From assembly GCA_965249725.1 (NCBI GenBank), contig OZ252251.1:726324-790323 (forward strand): DNA of 64,000 nt, given 5' to 3'. How positions within the stretch are numbered: position 1 is the first letter of the stretch; each line of letters opens with the position of its first letter. Source of the stretch: Longimicrobiales bacterium (GTDB lineage: Bacteria > Gemmatimonadota > Gemmatimonadetes > Longimicrobiales > Gaopeijiaceae). The notes under the pieces were generated by a model, which had not been told where the DNA came from, ran no database searches, and saw nothing but the letters and a program-made list of their open reading frames with translations. Positions 51,780 through 61,402 of this stretch are shown in pieces. The position numbers were made by a program, and so were the translations under genes.

Positions 51780-53554
51780 GTCTCTTTACCGGCGTAGGGG
51801 ATTAGGAGGTCGAACTTACGCATGTCCCAGGCGGCCGTCGGGCAGCGCTCTGCGCAGAGTCCACAGTGGACGCACAGATCCTCGTCTTTGACCATGACAC
51901 GAGCGGTCTGCGGGAGCCCCTCGGACACGTAGATGTCCTGATCGAGGTTGTCCGCAGGGGCGGTGAGCCGGGTCCTCAGGTCCTCCTCCGTGCCGTCCTC
52001 CGTGATGGTCAGGCAGTAGACGGGGCACACGTCGATGCAGGCGTCGCATTCAATGCACAGCTTGGGCGTGAAATGTGTCTGAATGTCGCAGTTCAGACAT
52101 CGTTCCACCTCCAGCGCTGTCTGCACGGGATCGAACCCCAACTCGACCTCCACCTCGAGCGCCTTGAAGCGTTCGACGAGGTCGACGTGGTTCATCTTGG
52201 AGCGGGAGGCCGGGTTGTAGTCGCTGCCGTAACTCCACGAGTGGAGCCCCATCTTCTGAGACACTAGATTCATGCCATACGGGGGGCGGTCGATGAGTGG
52301 AACGCCCTCGCAGTGGTTGTGGATCGAGATCGCCGCCTGATGCCCGTGCTCCACGGCCCAGATGATGTTCTCAGGACCCCAGGCCGCATCTCCGCCCACG
52401 AACACGCCGTCCCGTGTGGTCTGGAACGTGGTCTTGTCCACCACGGGCATGTCCCACTCCCCGAACTCGATGCCGATGTCGCGCTCGATCCAGGGGAAGG
52501 CATTGTCTTGGCCGATGGCCAGGATCACGTCGTCGCATGGAATCACGGTAGAGTCGAGCTTCGTGGCTTTGAGCCGCCCATTCTCGTCCGGGTGCCATTC
52601 GACGATGTCGAATTCCATCCCTACCAGACGGCCGTCCTCGAGAATGAAACGGGCCGGAGAGTGGTCTTCGACGATCTCCACGACTTCTTCCTCGGCGTCC
52701 TCGAGCTCCCACGCGGATGCCTTGAAGTGCGGCCGGCTCTTTCGGGCCACGACCTTGACGTCGAGGCCGCCGATCCGTTTCGCGGTCCGGCAGCAGTCCA
52801 TGGCTGTGTTGCCGACCCCGATCACCAGAACGCGCTCGCCGATCGACTCCACGTGCTGGAAGTGGACGGACTCGAGCCACTCGATGCCGATATGGATGTT
52901 GGAGTCGGCCTCTTCCCTGCCCGGGATGTTGAGCTCCTTGCCCTTGGGAGCTCCCGTCCCGATGAAGACCGCATCGAAGTCTCCCTCGTCGAGAAACGTC
53001 TTCAGACTATCGACCGAGTGGTTGTAATGGACCTCCACTCCAATGTCGAGAATTGCAGCGATCTCCTCATCGAGCACCTGGGCAGGCAGCCGGAAGGACG
53101 GGATGTTGGTCCGCATGAGCCCACCGGGGCGGTCCATCTTCTCGAAGAGCACGCAGTCGTATCCGAGCTGCATGAGATCGTTGGCCACGGTGAGCGACGC
53201 GGGACCGGCACCGATCAACGCCACGCGCTTGCCGTTCCTGTCCTCGGGAGCCTTGGGGAGCAGATCGGAAACGTCGTCCCTCAGATCGGAAGCCACCCGC
53301 TTGAGTCGGCATATGGCGACGGGCTCGTCCTCGACTCGAACCCGCCGACAGGCGGGCTCACAAGGGCGGTCACAGGTCCTCCCGAGAATACCCGGAAAGA
53401 CGTTCGAGTCGCGGTTGAGCATGTACGACTCGGTGAACCGCCCCTCTGCGATGAGCCGGATGTACTCAGGCACAGGCGTATGTGCCGGACACGCCCACTG
53501 GCAGTCGACGACCTTATGGTAATACTGCGGATCAGCTACGTCGGTTGGTTCCAC
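51752..53554 (-). CDS. GltD/NfnB-like FAD/Fe-S oxidoreductase with C-terminal ferredoxin domain
   Basis: CQWACP, GRTCDRPCEPAC, GAGPA, GVGNTAMDC, CIECDACIDVCP, CVHCGLCAERCP. Confidence 0.9.
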   Translation of the reverse strand: MEPTDVADPQYYHKVVDCQWACPAHTPVPEYIRLIAEGRFTESYMLNRDSNVFPGILGRTCDRPCEPACRRVRVEDEPVAICRLKRVASDLRDDVSDLLPKAPEDRNGKRVALIGAGPASLTVANDLMQLGYDCVLFEKMDRPGGLMRTNIPSFRLPAQVLDEEIAAILDIGVEVHYNHSVDSLKTFLDEGDFDAVFIGTGAPKGKELNIPGREEADSNIHIGIEWLESVHFQHVESIGERVLVIGVGNTAMDCCRTAKRIGGLDVKVVARKSRPHFKASAWELEDAEEEVVEIVEDHSPARFILEDGRLVGMEFDIVEWHPDENGRLKATKLDSTVIPCDDVILAIGQDNAFPWIERDIGIEFGEWDMPVVDKTTFQTTRDGVFVGGDAAWGPENIIWAVEHGHQAAISIHNHCEGVPLIDRPPYGMNLVSQKMGLHSWSYGSDYNPASRSKMNHVDLVERFKALEVEVELGFDPVQTALEVERCLNCDIQTHFTPKLCIECDACIDVCPVYCLTITEDGTEEDLRTRLTAPADNLDQDIYVSEGLPQTARVMVKDEDLCVHCGLCAERCPTAAWDMRKFDLLIPYAGKETWSETLEPA

Positions 53555-53921
53555 GCTCAGGACCTTTCGGGCCGGTGGATAGAGGAAATCAAGCGACCAT
53601 GAATGCGGATACACCCGGAATTCCGCAAGGTGGCGGAAGGCCTCAGCTTACCGCCTCCGACACGTTGCGTGAGACGACCTCCAAGACCCGGTCCTGGCGG
53701 GCGAACAACACGAGTCCGTCGCCGAGCTGGAGAGTGATCTCTCGAGGGATCAGTTGGCGGCGGCGGTAGCGTGAGGTGCGGGCTAGCCGGCTTCGGACGC
53801 CCGGGGGCAAACGGACTCCTCCGTGAAGAAGACGACCACGCGAACTCGGTGGGGTTGGCCTAGCCGAGTGGAACGTTGGGGGCTACCCACGGCCCGCGCA
53901 AAGGTTACGCGCTTGGGAGAC

Positions 53922-54941
53922 CTACGGGTTCGCACGCCAGATCCGGTGGGGTCCCTCGTCCAAGACGACCCCCACGGTATCGAACGCCGCCTCCAAGTGA
54001 GTCCTGACAGGGAGGCGTCGCTGAGTCACGAAGAGGAGCGTGCCCTTCTCCGTGAGATGGGCCGGTGCACCTGAGGCGAGTTCCTCCAGGACCCACCCCG
54101 TCTCGTCCTTTCCTTCATGATAGGGCGGGTTGCTGACGATCAGGTCGTAGCGCTCCTGGTACAACCCCTCGAACCCGTCGGAGAGGACGGTCCGCGCCCC
54201 AGGGATATTCAGGGCTACCGCCGCGAGGGCGACCGTGTCGACGTCGAGAAAGTCCACGGAGACGGAAGGCTCCCGGGCCGCAACGTACGCTCCGAGAAGC
54301 CCCGACCCACACGCGAAGTCGAGCACTCTGGTCGCGGGAGAGGGCAGCGGAATCGCTTCCATGAGGGCTCGAGTCCCCGCGTCGACTCGACCGTGGGCGA
54401 ACACCCCGGGATACGACGTCCAGGTGTCCGGAAGGTGCGCGACATCCAAAGCGTGCGTGCCTCGCCACGCGGAAAACGTGGCCGGCGAACCGGACATCTG
54501 ATCTGGGCGAACCGCCTGGACGACTCTGCAGCGGCCACCCGAGGCGATGGTGGTCGTGGAGTCCATGACCTGTCGGATCCGTCCCTCGGCCGAGCCGGCC
54601 CCCTCATCGTTGGCTCCGTACACCCAGAGCCGTCCGCCTGGCACGAGGCAAGCAGCAGCCGCGTGCACGTTCATCTCCAACTCGTCCTTCGCCTTGGGCA
54701 GCCGGAGCGTCGCTGCTGCAAACGGTCCTCCCTCGGGCCAGACCGAAGCCGGGCGGCCGCCAATCGCCATCCTGTGCCAGAGCTGGGGTGTGCCGCCGGC
54801 AGAAGCGACTGCCTCGACCACCTCATCTCGTCCCTCGAGCATGACGAGGACGGGCCCCTCCATCTCGACGCCGGAGAGTGTCTTCGCCATGAGGCCCGCT
54901 GCGGCCTCGTCTCGCCAACTGGCGCCACGCCGGTGCGCCAT
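53922..54941 (-). CDS. RsmC-like SAM-dependent methyltransferase
   Basis: PGVFAHGRVDAGT, LDFACGSG, IVSNPPYH; start may be 54890. Confidence 0.85.
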   Translation of the reverse strand: MAHRRGASWRDEAAAGLMAKTLSGVEMEGPVLVMLEGRDEVVEAVASAGGTPQLWHRMAIGGRPASVWPEGGPFAAATLRLPKAKDELEMNVHAAAACLVPGGRLWVYGANDEGAGSAEGRIRQVMDSTTTIASGGRCRVVQAVRPDQMSGSPATFSAWRGTHALDVAHLPDTWTSYPGVFAHGRVDAGTRALMEAIPLPSPATRVLDFACGSGLLGAYVAAREPSVSVDFLDVDTVALAAVALNIPGARTVLSDGFEGLYQERYDLIVSNPPYHEGKDETGWVLEELASGAPAHLTEKGTLLFVTQRRLPVRTHLEAAFDTVGVVLDEGPHRIWRANP

Positions 54942-54982
54942 GGACCCTCCGAGCCGTTATGTGGAAACTGTGTCCCGGGCCG

Positions 54983-55483
54983 CTATTCGCCCCGCAGCAT
55001 TTCCGCGAGCCGCTCCACCCCCATACGAACGTTCGCCTCTGGCGGACCGAAAGAGAACCGGACCCACTTCTTGAGGTCCTTGTTCACCGACTTGATGCCA
55101 CCCGGATTCACGTCGAAGAACCGCCCCGGGACGGTCAGTACCTTCTTCTCAAGGGCGGCGCGGAAGAACTCGTCGGCGTCGTTGAAAGACTTTGGAAGGC
55201 CGCCGATGTCGGCCCAGACGTAGAACGTACCCGAGGGCTCGTGCTCGCACTCGATACCCATGGTGCGAAGCTCCTGGAGCATCAGGTCTCGCTTCCGTAG
55301 AAAGACGTTCCGTACGGCCTCGGTCTCCTGATCGGCCCGGCTCGGCTCGAGCGCCTTGATCGCCAAACGCTGAGCCGGGAGGCTCGGTCCGCCATCGATG
55401 GCGCTGGCGGCTCTGTCGATATTCTCGATGATGTCCGAGGGTCCGACCGCGTCTCGGAACGTCGGCTGCTGCTGCTTGGCCAA
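54983..55483 (-). pseudogene. class I/II PLP aminotransferase with large internal deletion
   Basis: Only the C-terminal part (GTFYVW, VPGRFF, VRFSFG) joined to an 11-aa N-terminus; PLP-lysine region absent. Confidence 0.75.
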
Positions 55484-55521
55484 GGGTCAGATCTCTCTTC
55501 GGTTACTGGTGGTGAGTGCGG

Positions 55522-57012
55522 TCAGGGCGAGTCCGCGGTTCGGAGCGGCCGAAAGGAGAGGGGGATCAGCGTCCAGAGCATCGATCCGAAGAACGCGAAG
55601 GCAATCGCCCCGGTAAGCGCGAACAGGACGCCTGACGAGGCCCCGAGCCATGCGGGTGGCACGTAGATCTCGTCGGGGGCGAGCCGCATGCGGGTCAGTC
55701 CGGTGACGACGCCGACCAAGTGCAGCCAAAACACCAGGAGAGCCACCCCGACGTTGAGCCCGATGACCGACCACCGCATGCCGGTGCAGTGGAGCGGGTC
55801 CGAGGCGACCTCACCCTCTCGGGCCCTCAGGTGCTCACCCACGATCCAGATCACGGCACCCAACAGGATCATCGTGTCGATCCCTATGGTGGCGCCCATG
55901 GCGTGTCCCGTGACTGCATACGTCCCGTGAATAATCGCGTTCAGCGGGGGAATGGAGATGAGCACCGCCGAACCGACGATGGCGACCGACCAGTATTTCG
56001 CCGCTGCGAAGCTGCCTCGGGTAGCGCAGAAGGGCCTGTCCTCCCTTGTACGCACCAGCCTCGACAGGTCGGAGACGGCCCGTACCAGGATGATGACCTC
56101 CATCATGCTCACCACGAAGGCGATCCACTTCACCAGCTCACGTTGGGGGAGATGATACGTGTGGTGCGCAAAATTGGTGAAGGAGTTCAGGAGGCCTACC
56201 GAGAAAAGAGCGTACGCGGTTCGCGAGTGCCCGTACTCGGCATCCCCCGAGATGCGCTCTCCGATGTAGATGACCGAGCCGTACACGAACAGGTTGTACG
56301 CCCCGACCATAGTGCCGGTCGCCTTCCACTGGACCCTCAGATCCTGGACCGGATCTTCCCACATCCCGGGGAGGAGGTAGGCATGCTGTTCAAGGAACGT
56401 GTACATGAAGAACACGGTCCCGACGCCCCACATGGTGACGTAAAGGGGACGATCCCAGAACCCCGGTCCAACGATCCGAAAGAAGTTCCAGACGTAGCAC
56501 AGCCACCCGCCGAGAATCAGAACCGAAAACACCGGATGGAATCCCACGTATTCCCGCCCCGAGCCGACGCCGGCCATGAGCGTGACGAGGATCCCGAGGC
56601 CCGCCGCCGCCCAGCAGAGCACCTGCACGCGCAACCGCCATCGGTCACCGTTGGAGGCCAGGCCTCCGTGGTCCATGAGGTAGCGGTGGACTACGGCCAT
56701 GCCGCCCAGGAAGATCCAAGCGGAGGCAAACGTCGTATGAACGGGACGCAGTTGCGTCAGGTCGAGGCCGACAGACTGGAAGGTGGGCGCCAGGGACGGA
56801 ACCGAATACAGCGCCCCGAGCAAACCTCCGACGAGGGTGATCGCGATCGCGATGAGCCCGCCGCGCACGAAGGTCAGTGTGGCGAACTGCCGAACGGGAT
56901 CGGCATCCTCGAAGGGGAAGATCCGCAGCTCGGTACCGTCCAAGGATCGCCCCACGACCGCGGGTCCCCCCATGGCCTCGCCGACTCCCGCCTCCTGGGT
57001 CGCCTGGCTCAT
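55522..57012 (-). CDS. heme-copper oxidase superfamily subunit I, NorB-like with non-canonical ligands
   Basis: About 12 TMs; RPVHT, GREY, AHHTY, SMME, HGTYAVTGHAM; ATGA overlap with the upstream cytochrome c. Confidence 0.85.
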   Translation of the reverse strand: MSQATQEAGVGEAMGGPAVVGRSLDGTELRIFPFEDADPVRQFATLTFVRGGLIAIAITLVGGLLGALYSVPSLAPTFQSVGLDLTQLRPVHTTFASAWIFLGGMAVVHRYLMDHGGLASNGDRWRLRVQVLCWAAAGLGILVTLMAGVGSGREYVGFHPVFSVLILGGWLCYVWNFFRIVGPGFWDRPLYVTMWGVGTVFFMYTFLEQHAYLLPGMWEDPVQDLRVQWKATGTMVGAYNLFVYGSVIYIGERISGDAEYGHSRTAYALFSVGLLNSFTNFAHHTYHLPQRELVKWIAFVVSMMEVIILVRAVSDLSRLVRTREDRPFCATRGSFAAAKYWSVAIVGSAVLISIPPLNAIIHGTYAVTGHAMGATIGIDTMILLGAVIWIVGEHLRAREGEVASDPLHCTGMRWSVIGLNVGVALLVFWLHLVGVVTGLTRMRLAPDEIYVPPAWLGASSGVLFALTGAIAFAFFGSMLWTLIPLSFRPLRTADSP

Positions 57013-57785
57013 CGAAACTCCCACCATGGCACCCGGCCCCAGTCGAGGGGTCCGGAGCCCGAGGACGCCCTGGTCAAGTCGGCCTGCAACTCTTCCCTGG
57101 TCTCACCCATCCATCTGAGAAACTCGACCACAGCGTCGCGCTCCAGCGACGAAAAGGCCGGAATCGGTGGAGGCATTCCCACCTCGGGGCGACCGGCGGT
57201 CAGAACCTGCTCGAGCTCCTCGAGAGAAAGGCGCCCCACGACCGTAGAGAGGTCAGGGGCGCCCACAGGAGAGCCGCTCAGAGGAAAGTGACAGCTGGTA
57301 CAGGGCCGCGCCTCGATGGCCGCATACCCGGCCGCGGCCTCAGCGGAGGCGGTACCGAGAGCATTCTCCACTACGCCGTCGAACAACCCCCACGGACCGC
57401 TCCCCTCGGGTGCGGAACCGAGGCGCAACTGACCCTGTCCCAGATCCGGCCGGTCCAACGCCTCCAGATACGCGGCCATGTCGGTGATCTGCTCCGGGGT
57501 GAAGTCGAACACAGGCATCTGGCCGCTGCCGACGGTCAGGAGAGACTCTAGCCGCGACCCCTCGATTCTGCTGGCGGCGTTGGTGAGGTCCGGACCCAGA
57601 AAACCGCCCTGCCCATACACCTGGTGACAGACCTGGCAGGCGTTGTCATGCCAAAGGGATCGACCGCGCAGGGCCTCCTCGGAAAGGGGGTCCTGACGTG
57701 TGTCCGTGTAGACGAGGGTGGTCTGGACCCCGAAGGCAGCCACCAGGCAGGCCAAAGCGGCCTTCTTGGCGGAAGCCCTAACCAT
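57009..57785 (-). CDS. membrane-anchored diheme cytochrome c, NorC-like
   Basis: N-terminal TM; CQVCH...GPDLTN...QMP; second CTSCH...GMPP. Confidence 0.85.
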   Translation of the reverse strand: MVRASAKKAALACLVAAFGVQTTLVYTDTRQDPLSEEALRGRSLWHDNACQVCHQVYGQGGFLGPDLTNAASRIEGSRLESLLTVGSGQMPVFDFTPEQITDMAAYLEALDRPDLGQGQLRLGSAPEGSGPWGLFDGVVENALGTASAEAAAGYAAIEARPCTSCHFPLSGSPVGAPDLSTVVGRLSLEELEQVLTAGRPEVGMPPPIPAFSSLERDAVVEFLRWMGETREELQADLTRASSGSGPLDWGRVPWWEFR

Positions 57786-58035
57786 ACGCCGCCATTTTCC
57801 TCCAAATGCAGTTGGGATTCCCGAAGGGGTTGTCGCACAAGACAGCAATTCTAAGGCGAATCCGGCTCTCACCCAAGTCCGTCCCTTCCCACCCAAGGCC
57901 GGTCTTGGTAAGCTGGTCGCAAGGGGCCGCCGGGGGGGGGCGCCGGGGGCGCCGCCGGGGGGGCGCCCGACATGGCCGGACCCTCGGCGTTCGTAACCCA
58001 TACCGGTCGAGTCCTTCAACAGACCTCTAGGTGCA

Positions 58036-59856
58036 ATGGCACACGACAGCATCGCCGTCATAGACTTCGGAGGGCAGTACGCCCACCTGATCGCCACCAA
58101 GGTCCGCCGTCGGGGGGTTTTGGCCGAGATCCGGCAGCCTGAAGACCTCATCGACGCCTTCCACGGCTACCGCGGGATCATCATCTCCGGCAGTCCCAGC
58201 TTGGCCTCCCACGGCGAGGACTCGGACTACACCAAAGAGATCTACGACCTGGATACCCCGATCCTGGGCTTCTGCTTCGGCCACCAGGAGATCGCCAAGC
58301 ACTACGGCGGTCGCGTCGTCCACGGAGGAAGGGAGTGGGGTCGGGCCGACCTCCACGTCGAGTCGGATCACGGCCTTTTCCGGGGACTCGATCAGGTCGA
58401 GCCGGTGTGGATGAGCCACTACGACTCCGTCGTCGATGTCGGCCCGGAGTTCCGGGAGTTGGGCTACACGGTGACGGCCGAGGGCTCACCCGATCACCGG
58501 TTCGCTGCCATCGGTTCGGACTCGCTGCGACGCTATGGCTTTCAGTTCCACCCGGAAGTCGACGACACCGTCCACGGCGACGACATGATCGCAAACTTCG
58601 TGTTCGACATCTGTGGATGTAGTGCTTCGTGGTCGATGGACGCCTTCATCGAGGAGCAGCGGAACCGTGTGAGCGAGCAGGTGGGCGACCGTTCGGTCTT
58701 CCTCCTGGCCTCCGGCGGTGTCGATTCCACCGTTGCGGCCGCGGTTATCGGACAGGCTCTGGGTCCCGAGCGGCTCCATCTGCTCCACGTGGATAATGGG
58801 CTCATGCGGAAAGACGAGAGCCAGAAGGTGCTCGAGCTCTTCGGTGAGTTGGGGCTCGACACCAATCTCCATTTCGTGGACGCGAGCGACACCTTCCTTG
58901 AGGCTCTGGCCACGGCGATAGAGCCGGAGGAGAAGCGCCGCATCATCGGGGACACGTTCATTCGCGTCTTCCAGGACAAGGCACGCGAACTGGGCGTGGA
59001 GGATCATCTCCTGGGCCAGGGCACCATTTATCCCGACACGATCGAGACGGGCGCTACCAAGCGGTCCGACACGATCAAGACGCATCACAATCGCGTGCCG
59101 GTCATCGAGGAGATGATCGCCCGAGGCACCGTGGTCGAACCTCTCGCCGAGTTGTACAAGGTCGAGGTGCGGGAACTCGGGGAGAGCCTGGGCATTCCGC
59201 ACGGAGCCCTTTGGCGGCATCCCTTCCCAGGGCCCGGCCTCGGAGTCCGGCTTCTTTGTAGTGATGGCGTACCGGATGTCGAGGGACTGGAGGGGGCCCA
59301 CGACGCCGTGCCCGAGGCGGCGAGCCGGTTCGGGCTCGAAGCTCTCGTGCTCCCGATTCGCTCGGTGGGCGTAAAGGCGGATCTTCGGGCGTATGAGCAC
59401 CCGGTGTTGCTGACCGGCGACGTCCCGTGGTCCACCCTGCTCGATGCCGCCTCGACGCTCACAGCCGAGATCCCCGGGATCAACCGTTGTATCTGGAACC
59501 TCGGTCCAGACGCCCCCACGGCGGCCCGGCCGATCGCTGCCACGGCCACTCGGGCGCGGCTAGACGTCCTGCGAGAGGCCGATCACATCGTCATGGAAGC
59601 GCTGCGTCGTCACGGCCTATACGACGAGATCTGGCAATGTCCGACCGTGCTCGTTCCGATCGACGTGGGGGGGAGGGAGGGCGAGATGGTGGTCGTCCGG
59701 CCCATCCGGTCCCAAAGAGCCATGACGGCCTCTCCGGTGGAACTCGCCAGCGAAGTGCTGGATGATCTGCGCGAGCAGATCTTGGAGCTACCGGGGGTTT
59801 CCAGCCTCGCCTTGGACATCACCTCTAAACCCCCGGGGACCATCGAGTGGGAGTGA
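58036..59856 (+). CDS. guaA: GMP synthase (glutamine-hydrolysing), long form
   Basis: DFGGQY, GFCFGHQ, QFHPEV, SGGVDS, IKTHHN, HPFPGPGL, SKPPGTIEWE. Confidence 0.95.
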   Translation: MAHDSIAVIDFGGQYAHLIATKVRRRGVLAEIRQPEDLIDAFHGYRGIIISGSPSLASHGEDSDYTKEIYDLDTPILGFCFGHQEIAKHYGGRVVHGGREWGRADLHVESDHGLFRGLDQVEPVWMSHYDSVVDVGPEFRELGYTVTAEGSPDHRFAAIGSDSLRRYGFQFHPEVDDTVHGDDMIANFVFDICGCSASWSMDAFIEEQRNRVSEQVGDRSVFLLASGGVDSTVAAAVIGQALGPERLHLLHVDNGLMRKDESQKVLELFGELGLDTNLHFVDASDTFLEALATAIEPEEKRRIIGDTFIRVFQDKARELGVEDHLLGQGTIYPDTIETGATKRSDTIKTHHNRVPVIEEMIARGTVVEPLAELYKVEVRELGESLGIPHGALWRHPFPGPGLGVRLLCSDGVPDVEGLEGAHDAVPEAASRFGLEALVLPIRSVGVKADLRAYEHPVLLTGDVPWSTLLDAASTLTAEIPGINRCIWNLGPDAPTAARPIAATATRARLDVLREADHIVMEALRRHGLYDEIWQCPTVLVPIDVGGREGEMVVVRPIRSQRAMTASPVELASEVLDDLREQILELPGVSSLALDITSKPPGTIEWE

Positions 59857-59948
59857 GCCACTAGCCCCAGCGCCCGGCTTACGGGAGTCGGCCGCTAGCC
59901 CACTGCATCCGCCTTACGGGAATCAGCCACTGGCCCACTGCAGCTCGC
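59849..59948 (+). repeat. degenerate ~35-bp tandem repeat starting inside the guaA 3' end
   Basis: GGGAGTGAGCCACTAGCCC.., GGGAGTCGGCCGCTAGCCCACTGC.., GGGAATCAGCCACTGGCCCACTGC.. Confidence 0.65.
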
Positions 59949-60079
59949 GGGATGGGCGGCCAACCCCGCTAGCAGCTTGACGGCTAGGGGATGCAAAGCC
60001 CTCTTGTGTGAAGCGTCCTCCCCCTCGCCGGTTGCCCGGAGCGGGCACCCAAGTCCAGCTATCTGCCTCGGAAAGCACG

Positions 60080-61372
60080 ATGCGTATCCTCGTCCAAGCC
60101 CGGCCCCTCGCGGTCTCTTGCCTGTTGCTCCTATGCGTCCTGGTGCCCTCAGGCCCTGCGCTGATCGCACAAGAGACCACCCTGCTACGCCCCTCCGGTG
60201 TCTTCGACGGAGAGGCGCTCCATCCCGGCTGGGTGGTACTGGTCCGCGGGAATCGTATCGCAGCCGCCGGACCAGAACAGGAAGTATCTGCACCTCGAGG
60301 CACAGCGGAAATCGATCTCCCTGGAACCACGCTCCTGCCGGGGCTCATCGAGGGGCACTCCCACATTCTTCTGCATCCGTACAACGAGACGTCCTGGACG
60401 GACCAGGTTCTCAACGAGTCGTTGGGCCTGCGCACGGCCCGAGCGACCGTTCACGTGAAGAACAGCCTCATGGCGGGCGTGACCACGATGCGAGACCTGG
60501 GGGCGGAGGGGGCCGGATACGCCGACATCGGCATCAAGCAGGCCATCGACCGCGGTGTCATTCCGGGCCCACGCTTGCTAGTGGCATCGAAAGCCATCGT
60601 CGCGACCGGAAGCTACAACCCGAAGGGCGCGCCCGAGATCGACCTTCCCAAGGGCGCCGAGGAAGCGGACGGATACGACGATCTCATCAGGGTCACTCGT
60701 GACCAGATCGGGCGCGGGGCCGACTTGATCAAGGTGTACGCCGACTACCGCTGGGGCCCGAATGGATCCACTCAGCCCGCGTTCACCCAGGAGGAACTCG
60801 AGACCATCGTGAGCGTCGCCAACACCTCGGGACGACCGGTCGTCGCCCACGCCTCGACCCCGGAGGCCATCCGTCGAGCCGTGTTGGCCGGTGTTACGAC
60901 CATCGAACACGGCAACAGCGCCACCGACGAGAGCTTCCAGCTAATGGCCGAGCATGGAGTCGCCTTCTGCCCGACCCTCGCCGCCGGTCACTCCATCCGC
61001 ACCTACTCGGGCTGGCAGCCCGGTGTCGACCCCGAGCCGGAGAGCATCACGCGAAAGCGAAACAGCTTCGCCCGCGCGCTTGCCTCCGGGGTCACCATCT
61101 GCTTTGGAGGTGACATCGGTGTGTACACCCACGGCAACAATGCGCTGGAGCTCGAGCTGATGGTGGACTACGGAATGGAGCCCCAGGCCGCTCTGACGGC
61201 CGCCACCTCCGGCAATGCCCGGACCTTTGGCATCGGCGACCGCGTGGGACGGATCCAGGAGGGCCTCCTCGCCGACCTGGTGGCCGTCGAGGGTGACCCC
61301 ACCCGGGAGATCTCAGACCTTCGGAATGTCCGCTTCGTCATGAAGGACGGAGAGGTCTACGTGAAGCCATGA
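60080..61372 (+). CDS. secreted metal-dependent amidohydrolase (Xaa-Pro dipeptidase-like)
   Basis: Signal peptide; [23 protein letters not shown]. Confidence 0.9.
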   Translation: MRILVQARPLAVSCLLLLCVLVPSGPALIAQETTLLRPSGVFDGEALHPGWVVLVRGNRIAAAGPEQEVSAPRGTAEIDLPGTTLLPGLIEGHSHILLHPYNETSWTDQVLNESLGLRTARATVHVKNSLMAGVTTMRDLGAEGAGYADIGIKQAIDRGVIPGPRLLVASKAIVATGSYNPKGAPEIDLPKGAEEADGYDDLIRVTRDQIGRGADLIKVYADYRWGPNGSTQPAFTQEELETIVSVANTSGRPVVAHASTPEAIRRAVLAGVTTIEHGNSATDESFQLMAEHGVAFCPTLAAGHSIRTYSGWQPGVDPEPESITRKRNSFARALASGVTICFGGDIGVYTHGNNALELELMVDYGMEPQAALTAATSGNARTFGIGDRVGRIQEGLLADLVAVEGDPTREISDLRNVRFVMKDGEVYVKP

Positions 61373-61402
61373 CGGGGGCTTCCCGATGACCGCACAGCAG
61401 CC

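Noticed and set aside
53645..53820. Possible TrkA-C-like gene relic on the minus strand (LIPREITLQLGDGLVLFARQDRVLEVV)
   Set aside because: Short, no start codon, and the similarity is too weak to call by eye
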